From the IMG/VR virus record IMGVR_UViG_2541047680_000002: DNA of 8,595 nt; one strand, given 5' to 3'. Numbering within the stretch: the stretch's first letter is position 1; each line of letters starts with the position of its first letter. This DNA is from a virus. Taxonomy: Duplodnaviria > Heunggongvirae > Uroviricota > Caudoviricetes. The notes below the pieces were generated by a model that had not been told where the DNA came from, searched no databases, and saw only the letters and a program-made list of their open reading frames with translations. This document shows positions 1 through 8,595 of this stretch, piece by piece. Position numbers and translations under genes: made by a program.

Positions 1-188
1 CTTTTCAGCCTGGCCCTTTCCTTTACCAGTTTCCGGCGTACCTTTGTCTCACGGGCAACCTGTGACGCAGACTGCGATATCGCGGATGACGCAACGCGGT
101 TAATGGCCATTGCGGCGGCACCAGGCACCGCCGTTTTGCTGATACGGCTGAGGTTTTCAACGGCCTGCTCAAGACCTTTTATGGCCAT
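1..188 (-). CDS. Z: Tail completion protein Z, 5' portion only (start codon at 188..186, gene runs off the window at position 1)
   Basis: Minus-strand ATG at 188..186 followed by codons translating MAIKGLEQAVENL..., which matches the N-terminus of lambda gpZ as I recall it. A GGGGGA Shine-Dalgarno at 192..197 (minus sense) lies 3 nt upstream of the ATG, 11 nt after the FII stop. Position after FII is as in lambda. Confidence 0.85.
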   Translation of the reverse strand, partial: MAIKGLEQAVENLSRISKTAVPGAAAMAINRVASSAISQSASQVARETKVRRKLVKERARLK

Positions 189-199
189 ACATCCCCCTT

Positions 200-553
200 T
201 CAGCGGCGACGGTTAACGGCAGGCGGCACGCCACGCCCAAGCCAGAGATGACAGCTTCCGCCATCATCCGGCGAAACCCGGTCTACCCAGAAATTTTCCT
301 CACCGATGGTCAGCGTGTCTCCACGCCGCAGCTGCCGCACCTCATCAGTCCGGACAAACAGGGACGGGCTGGAGCCTTCAACGCGCACGCCCTGTCCGGC
401 ATAGCTGATATTTTCAGGGTCATCAAAAACACCACGTATTACTGCGCCGGACTGCTCACCGGATGTCATGGTGGCTGACGTTCCCATGTACCCGCGTATC
501 GTTTCATCGGCGCGGGCAATGGCAGCATCGAACAGGTTATCGAAATCAGCCAC
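200..553 (-). CDS. FII: Head-tail joining protein FII (117 aa)
   Basis: Track ORF 200..553 (MADFDNLFDAAIARADETIRGYMG...) matches lambda gpFII in length and sequence from memory. Start codon is GTG (plus-strand cac at 551..553), preceded by a GGGAGG Shine-Dalgarno at about 558..563. Stop is TGA at 200..202. Confidence 0.92.
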   Translation of the reverse strand: MADFDNLFDAAIARADETIRGYMGTSATMTSGEQSGAVIRGVFDDPENISYAGQGVRVEGSSPSLFVRTDEVRQLRRGDTLTIGEENFWVDRVSPDDGGSCHLWLGRGVPPAVNRRR

Positions 554-564
554 AGCGCCTCCCG

Positions 565-963
565 TTATTGCATTCTGGCCAGGCTACGTTCTGTCATTTC
601 GGCTGCCACACCGGCAGAGACACGAAACGCCGTTCCAGGCAGCACAAATGCCACAGGTTCATCCCGGATGGCGTGAAGTGCATCGGTGTGCAGCGTCACC
701 AGTGCCACGACCGTGACCAGATCAGCCGCATCCTGAATCACGGTATCCGGCTGCGCTGATACAACCTCATTTTCATGCCCGGTCAGCACATTTTCCGGGC
801 TGAGAGGGGTGTCCTGACCGGCAGTGTCATCCGTGTCATCAAGCTCTTCTTCCAGCTCTGCCACACGGAGCGCCAGTTCTTCTTTCGTCCCCGTCAGGCT
901 GACATCACGGTTCAGTTGCTCACCCAGCGACCGGAGACGGGCAATCAGTTCATCTTTCGTCAT
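565..963 (-). CDS. FI: DNA packaging / head assembly protein FI (132 aa)
   Basis: Track ORF 565..1002 contains MTKDELIARLRSLGEQLNRDVSLTGTKEELALRVAEL..., which matches lambda gpFI. I place the start at the internal ATG at 963..961 (giving 132 aa as in lambda), which has a GGAGGAG Shine-Dalgarno 3 nt upstream. The 13-codon upstream extension in the track begins at a GTG with no ribosome-binding site. Confidence 0.9.
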   Translation of the reverse strand: MTKDELIARLRSLGEQLNRDVSLTGTKEELALRVAELEEELDDTDDTAGQDTPLSPENVLTGHENEVVSAQPDTVIQDAADLVTVVALVTLHTDALHAIRDEPVAFVLPGTAFRVSAGVAAEMTERSLARMQ

Positions 964-1004
964 GGACTCCTCCACAGAGAGAAAATGGCCCCGAAGGGCC
1001 ACGA

Positions 1005-2030
1005 TTACGCCAGTTGTACAGACACGAATTCATCAGGGTCAGCCAGCAGCATCAGCGGTGCTGACTGAATCATGGTGAACTCACGCGCCGGATCGCCGGT
1101 GGTCACCCAGTTTTTCGGGTAACGGGCAGAGGCGTTAATGCCTTCGCGCTGTGCGTCCGCATCCTGAATGCAGCCATAGGTGCGCAGACCGCGTGCCTGA
1201 GTGTTCCCCAGCACCATCGTGTTGTCCGGCAGGAAGTTCTTTTTGACGCCGTTTTCCACGTACTGTCCGGAATACACGACGATGGCCACATCGCCATACA
1301 TTCCCTTATAAGACACCGCTTTGCCCAGGTCTTTTACCGCTGTCTCCAGCTCGGAATGAGAGCCGCGACGGGTATCCAGCTTCTCCTTGACGGCCTTGAA
1401 GGAACGGAACAGCGCCCAGCCTTTCGGATCAAACACGATGATATTCACCACGCCGCTGGCGTTCAGCGCGTAGGCTTCGATATCGTCGGTCGGGTCATAC
1501 GTGGACTTGTCACGCTTGCTCCACTCCGTGACGCCGGACTGCGTGATGTTATTCGCCGCACTGCGGCCCATATCCACCTCAACCGGATCGAAGGCTTCAC
1601 CGGTCATGGTGTATTTGCCCTTAAGCACGGCAGAAACTGCCTGCATCTCTTCCACCTGGGCAATGGCCAGCTCTTCGTCACGCATGTTCTGCATGATGAT
1701 GCGACGGCGACGGTAAGCCGGGTCCGCCAGATTCTGCGGATCTTCATCCGGCAGGCGACGCAGGGTCATCTGCGGATTCACTTCATGCTTGGGTTTGACA
1801 TATCCCGGCGTAAATTCAGAGGTGGAGCCGCCACGGGAGCGGATAACCTCACCGGAAACAATCGGCGAAACGTACAGCGCCATGTTTACCAGTCCCGGAA
1901 TTTGTGAGAGATAGACTTTCTCCGTGGTGAAGGGATAGCTTTCACGGAAAAAGAGACGCAGAAACAGCGGATCAAACTTAAATTTCTGCTCATTTGCCGC
2001 CAGCAGTTGGGCGGTTGTGTACATCGACAT
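1005..2030 (-). CDS. E: Major capsid protein E (341 aa, HK97-fold family)
   Basis: Track ORF 1005..2057 contains MSMYTTAQLLAANEQKFKFDPLFLRLFFRESYPFTTEKVYLSQIPG...LLADPDEFVSVQLA, near-identical to lambda gpE as I recall it. Start set at ATG 2030..2028 (341 aa). The track extension to 2057 would run through the intergenic hairpin and T-run. Stop is TAA at 1005..1007. Confidence 0.95.
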   Translation of the reverse strand: MSMYTTAQLLAANEQKFKFDPLFLRLFFRESYPFTTEKVYLSQIPGLVNMALYVSPIVSGEVIRSRGGSTSEFTPGYVKPKHEVNPQMTLRRLPDEDPQNLADPAYRRRRIIMQNMRDEELAIAQVEEMQAVSAVLKGKYTMTGEAFDPVEVDMGRSAANNITQSGVTEWSKRDKSTYDPTDDIEAYALNASGVVNIIVFDPKGWALFRSFKAVKEKLDTRRGSHSELETAVKDLGKAVSYKGMYGDVAIVVYSGQYVENGVKKNFLPDNTMVLGNTQARGLRTYGCIQDADAQREGINASARYPKNWVTTGDPAREFTMIQSAPLMLLADPDEFVSVQLA

Positions 2031-2043
2031 AAAAAAATCCCGT

Positions 2044-2068
2044 AAAAAAAGCCGCACAGGCGGCCTTT
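2044..2068 (-). terminator. Terminator-like GC hairpin plus U-run in the D-E intergenic spacer (minus sense: AAAGGCCGC CUGU GCGGC UUUUUUU)
   Basis: Read directly from sequence: plus strand 2051..2055 gccgc and 2060..2064 gcggc pair around a 4-nt loop, flanked by a 7-nt A-run (2044..2050) that reads as U7 on the minus strand immediately 3' of the stem. It lies between the D stop (2086) and E start (2030). Confidence 0.4.
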
Positions 2069-2085
2069 AGTGATGAAGGGTAAGG

Positions 2086-2418
2086 TTAAACGATGCTGAT
2101 TGCCGTTCCGGCAAACGCGGTCCGTTTTTTCGTCTCGTCGCTGGCAGCCTCCGGCCAGAGCACATCCTCATAACGGAACGTGCCGGACTTGTAGAACGTC
2201 AGCGCGGTGCTGGTCTGGTCAGCAGCAACCGCCAGAATGCCAACGGCAGCACCGTCGGTGGTGCCATCCCACGCAACCAGCTTACGGGTGGAGGTGTCCA
2301 GCATCAGCGGGGTCATTGCAGGCGCTTTCGCACTCAATCCGCCGGGCGCGGTTGCGGTATGAGCCGGGTCACTGTTGCCCAGCGGCTGGTAATGGGTAAA
2401 GGTTTCTTTGCTCGTCAT
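2086..2418 (-). CDS. D: Head decoration protein D (110 aa)
   Basis: Track ORF 2086..2424 ([29 protein letters not shown]...AGTAISIV) matches lambda gpD. Start placed at the second ATG (2418..2416, protein MTSKETF..., 110 aa) because the AAGGG Shine-Dalgarno sits 6 nt upstream of it and directly abuts the first ATG. The C stop TAA (2428..2430) lies just upstream. Confidence 0.93.
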   Translation of the reverse strand: MTSKETFTHYQPLGNSDPAHTATAPGGLSAKAPAMTPLMLDTSTRKLVAWDGTTDGAAVGILAVAADQTSTALTFYKSGTFRYEDVLWPEAASDETKKRTAFAGTAISIV

Positions 2419-2427
2419 AAACATCCC

Positions 2428-3033
2428 TTACACTGGTGTGTTCAGCAAATCGTTAACGGCATCAGATGCCGGGTTACCTGCAGCCAGCGGTGCCGGTGCA
2501 CCCTGCATCAGACGATCCAGCGCAGTGTCACTGCGCGCCTGTGCACTCTGTGGTGCTGCGGCCAGAATGCGGCGGGCCGTTTCCACGGTCATACCGGGGG
2601 TTTCTGCCAGCACGCGGGCCTGTTCTTCGCGTCCGTGAGCCTCCTCACAGTTGAGGATCCCCATAATGCGGCTGTTTTCTGCCGCAACCGCTGCGGTGAT
2701 CTGCGCGTTCACATCCGGCTGCGCCGCGCTGGCGTTTTTGCCCTCCGTCGCTGGCACCACGTCAGTAACGTCAGCCTGCGAAGCAGTGGCTGAAACAGTT
2801 GTTGATTGAGTCTCTTTGGTCATTCGCCCTCCTGAGAGACGGGATTTACGTGCATCCAGTGCATCACGCATGACGGTGATCGCATCGGTGCTGTTAACAA
2901 GTTCATCAGCCAGTCCGGCATCAATGGCCTCCTGACCGCTGTACACTGCAGCCTCGGTATCCAGCACAGCCTGCACGGACAGGCCGGTATATGCCGACAC
3001 CTTCTGCGCAAACATCTGACGGGTTGCGTCCAT
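2428..3033 (-). CDS. Nu3: Scaffolding protein Nu3 (201 aa), an in-frame internal initiation product sharing the C-terminal third of the C reading frame
   Basis: An in-frame ATG at 3033..3031 gives MDATRQMFAQKVSAYTGLSVQ... and runs to the C stop. The position and length (606 nt) correspond to lambda Nu3. There is no strong Shine-Dalgarno upstream, so the call rests mainly on homology and known lambda biology. Confidence 0.6.
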   Translation of the reverse strand: MDATRQMFAQKVSAYTGLSVQAVLDTEAAVYSGQEAIDAGLADELVNSTDAITVMRDALDARKSRLSGGRMTKETQSTTVSATASQADVTDVVPATEGKNASAAQPDVNAQITAAVAAENSRIMGILNCEEAHGREEQARVLAETPGMTVETARRILAAAPQSAQARSDTALDRLMQGAPAPLAAGNPASDAVNDLLNTPV

Positions 3034-3727
3034 CCGGGACTGCAGTGTCTCCCGGACGTCATCCGGAAGATGGCTGTAGGGGTTGCCATCCACCTTATGG
3101 CTGCCGCTGTAAATCAGCGTGATTTCCACGCCCTGTTTCTCCAGCGCAGCACCGTAATTACTGTGAGCCATCATGACGCCGATGGAGCCTGTCCGGGCGG
3201 TCTGCGTGACCAGACGCCGGGAAGCGGCACTGGCAAGCAGCTGACCTGCACTGCAGTTCATGTCGTTGGCCAGTGCCCATACCGGCTTTATGTCACGCAC
3301 ACGGGCGATGATGTCAGCGCAGTCAAATGCCCCCGCCACCATCCCGCCTGGCGTGTCCATATCGAGCAGAATGCCGTCCACCATCGGATCGCTGGCAGCC
3401 TGTTGCAGACGGGCGATAATGCCGTTGTAACCGGTCATCCCCGAATACGGCTGCAGCGCCCGCGTCCGGCTGACCAGCGTGCCGGAAACCGGCAGCACGG
3501 CGATGCCGTTCATGACCTGATAACTGCGGGCCTGTCGTGGTCCGTCATCATCACCGGATAATGCCAGCGTCGCGAGTGCCTCCTGGGCAGTCAGGCTGTC
3601 ACCGGACACCGCATCCGTCAGGCGGCTGATCCCAAGCTGGCCTGCAAGCGCACAAAAGAAAACCCGCGCATAGGCGGGTTCAAGCATCAGCGGCTCATTA
3701 AAGGCCATGCTGGCAATATGCGGGAGA

Positions 3728-3747
<20 letters not shown>
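2428..3747 (-). CDS. C: Minor capsid protein C / prohead protease (439 aa, SppA/S49-type peptidase family)
   Basis: Track ORF 2428..3861 contains VTAELRNLPHIASMAFNEPLMLEPAYARVFF..., matching lambda gpC. True start taken as GTG at 3747..3745, with a very strong GAGGAGGAG Shine-Dalgarno at 3752..3760 (minus sense) 4 nt upstream. This start overlaps the 3' end of B by 20 nt, as in lambda. The 38-codon upstream extension in the track is an in-frame read-through artefact. Confidence 0.93.
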
Positions 3748-7428
<3,681 letters not shown>

Positions 7429-7454
<26 letters not shown>

Positions 7455-7974
7455 TCAGCAACCCCGGTATCAGTTCATCCAGCGCGGCTGCTTTGTTCAT
7501 GGCTTTGATGATATCCCGTTTCAGGAAATCAATATGCCGGTTATCCAGCTCAGGAAAACGTCGCTGCACCGACAGAGGAATACCGTCGAGAATACTGGAT
7601 ATTTCCCTTGCTATACGCGACAGCACGAAAGTACAGAATGCGGTTTCCACCACTTCAGCCGATTCTTTGGCATTTTTCAGTTCCTGCGCCGTCGCCTGAG
7701 CACGGGTCAGGCGATGGCGCTCAAATTCAAGTGTTCCGGGGTGAAGATCTGCCTCGCTGGCCAGCCGCAGTTCTTCAACCTCCCGGCGCAGCTTTTCGTT
7801 CTCAATTTCAGCATCCCTTTCGGCATACCATTTTATGACGGCGGCAGAATCATAAAGCACCTCATTACCCTTGCCACCGCCTCGCAGAACGGGCATTCCC
7901 TGCTCCTGCCAGTTCTGAATGGTACGGATACTCGCACCGAAAATATCAGCCAGCTGCTTTTTGTTGACTTCCAT
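7429..7974 (-). CDS. Nu1: Terminase small subunit Nu1 (181 aa; cosB-binding, N-terminal helix-turn-helix)
   Basis: Track ORF 7429..7974 (MEVNKKQLADIFGASIRTIQNWQEQGMPVLRGGGKGNEVLYDSAAVIKWYAERDAEIENEKLRREVEEL...LLSEYIEQSG) is a homologue of lambda gpNu1, with scattered substitutions relative to my recollection of lambda. ATG at 7974..7972 sits 189 nt downstream of the inferred cosN left end (190 in lambda). Stop is TGA at 7429..7431. Confidence 0.95.
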
Positions 7975-7998
7975 TGTTCATTCCACGGACAAAAACAG

Positions 7999-8110
7999 AG
8001 AAAGGAAACGACAGAGGCCAAAAAGCCCGTTTTCAGCATCTGTCGTTTCCTTTCTTTTCAGGGGGTGTTTTAAATAAAAACATTAAGTTACGGCGAAGAA
8101 GAACGGAAAC
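7999..8110 (-). promoter_or_regulatory. cosB terminase-binding region: R1 (7999..8014), R2 (8040..8055, inverted relative to R1), IHF-site region I1 (about 8056..8094), R3 (8095..8110)
   Basis: R1 and R2 are a perfect 16-bp inverted repeat read from the sequence (plus strand agaaaggaaacgacag at 7999..8014 and ctgtcgtttcctttct at 8040..8055). The minus strand of 8095..8110 reads GTTTCCGTTCTTCTTC. These match the lambda Nu1-binding R elements as I recall them, in lambda order and spacing between cosN and Nu1. Confidence 0.8.
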
Positions 8111-8151
8111 GCCTTAAACCGGAAAATTTTCATAAATAGCGAAAACCCGCG

Positions 8152-8163
8152 CGCCTTCCGCCC
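8152..8163 (-). other. cosN (terminase nicking site); inferred 12-nt cohesive end on the phage sense strand is 5'-GGGCGGAAGGCG-3'
   Basis: Flanks align without gaps to lambda as I recall it: upstream ...TACG, downstream CGCGGGTTTTCGCTATTTATGAAAATTTTCCGGTTTAAGGCGTTTCCGTTCTTCTTCG. The 12-mer between them matches lambda GGGCGGCGACCT at 7 of 12 positions; the left half GGGCGG is identical and the right half differs. Nick positions are inferred by homology, not observed. Confidence 0.7.
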
Positions 8164-8164
8164 C

Positions 8165-8200
8165 GTAGCCTGCCGGATCGCCGGAAAGGACCCGCAAAGG
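8165..8200 (-). other. Phage right-end segment immediately upstream of cosN, homologous to the lambda right terminus (expected location of cosQ)
   Basis: The minus strand reads ...GTGATAATTATTCTCACCTTTGCGGGTCCTTTCCGGCGATCCGGCAGGCTACG, which resembles the last ~50 nt of the lambda genome as I recall it (...GATAATCATTATCACTTTACGGGTCCTTTCCGGTGATCCGACAGGTTACG). The exact cosQ boundaries are not determined. Confidence 0.45.
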
Positions 8201-8263
8201 TGAGAATAATTATCACTTGCATTAATATCCAGCTTCTTCCACCATCGCACCGGACGGGCGACT

Positions 8264-8440
8264 ATGAGGGACAAAACCGCGCACCATAAACGCGGTAAAA
8301 ACCCGGTGTGCATCGTTTTTGATTATTTACGCACACTCGCGCAGAAGGAATTCCCCGTCGGGCTACGGTCATGGTTAATGCGGAAATACGGCGACGATGC
8401 AGCGCATGATGTGTCAGGCTTGAATACCTTTATCCGTTAA
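8264..8440 (+). CDS. Hypothetical small ORF (58 aa, MRDKTAHHKRGKNPVCIVFDYLRTLAQKEFPVGLRSWLMRKYGDDAARDVSGLNTFIR) in the phage right-end region, opposite in orientation to the late genes
   Basis: ATG at 8264 to TAA at 8438..8440, translated by hand; it is below the length cutoff of the supplied track. No convincing Shine-Dalgarno (only ggacggg upstream) and no recognisable promoter. An imperfect hairpin (gggata 8443..8448 with tatccc 8459..8464) follows the stop. No similarity to anything I recognise. Confidence 0.2.
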   Translation: MRDKTAHHKRGKNPVCIVFDYLRTLAQKEFPVGLRSWLMRKYGDDAAHDVSGLNTFIR

Positions 8441-8595
8441 AAGGGATATCAGTTAAGTTATCCCGTGCAGGGTATAAGCCATTATCAAAGCCACTCAGTA
8501 CTGAGAGATCCCCTCATAATTTCCCCAAAGCGTAACCATGTGTGAATAAATTTTGAGCTAGTAGGGTTGCAGCCACGAGTAAGTCTTCCCTTGTT

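Noticed and set aside
964-1002. N-terminal extension of FI to 1002 (145 aa), and the first ATG of D at 2424
   Set aside because: Both extensions lack properly spaced ribosome-binding sites. Starts at 963 (FI) and 2418 (D) have Shine-Dalgarno sequences at correct spacing and give the lambda protein lengths.
1103-1297. Short minus-strand ORFs in alternative frames inside known genes (1103..1297, 2820..3089, 3843..4154, 4567..4908, 4921..5268, 5486..5743, 5996..6187, 6488..6787, 6803..7000, 7833..8039)
   Set aside because: They overlap the lambda-homologous genes out of frame, have no initiation signals and are compositionally biased. No evidence for overlapping genes beyond the known C/Nu3 case.
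2031-2057. N-terminal extension of E to 2057 (350 aa) as given in the track
   Set aside because: The extension starts inside the intergenic hairpin and T-run and adds MRLFLRDFF before the conserved MSMYTT start. Lambda gpE homology and length (341 aa) support the ATG at 2030.
8275-8296. Sense-strand hairpin (ACCGCG, 9-nt loop, CGCGGU) followed by UUUUGU as a possible terminator of late transcription before cos
   Set aside because: The stem is short with a large loop and the U-tract is interrupted. Late transcription in lambdoid phages is expected to continue across cos into the head genes. Kept only as a note within the right-end finding.
8083-8313. Minus-strand 76-aa ORF (MHTGFLPRLWCAVLSLIVARPVRWWKK...) reading from the right end across cosN and cosB
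   Set aside because: It spans the terminase cleavage site and the Nu1-binding R3 element, so it would be cut in linear virion DNA. Its downstream half is the conserved noncoding cos region. Most likely a chance open frame.

Overview
This window is the packaging and head-morphogenesis module of a lambda-like (lambdoid) siphovirus, lying entirely on the minus strand and collinear gene-for-gene with the left arm of phage lambda. Reading the minus strand 5' to 3' (window 8595 down to 1): phage right-end DNA with a cosQ-like region, cosN, cosB (R3, I1, R2, R1), then Nu1, A, W, B, C with nested Nu3, D, E, FI, FII and the start of Z. Protein identities come from my recollection of the lambda proteins; the products are clearly lambda homologues, and Nu1 is visibly diverged, so this is a lambda relative rather than lambda itself. 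No database search was run. Gene spacing matches lambda almost base-for-base, leaving no room for an inserted moron, defence or cargo gene within 1..8165. I do not see a previously undescribed system here. The points worth a second look are a cosN whose right half differs from the canonical lambda cohesive end, a terminator-like hairpin in the D-E spacer, and the poorly explained 430 bp right-end segment with a small opposite-strand ORF. All plus-strand ORFs in the track over 248..8073 are treated as antisense shadows of the minus-strand genes.
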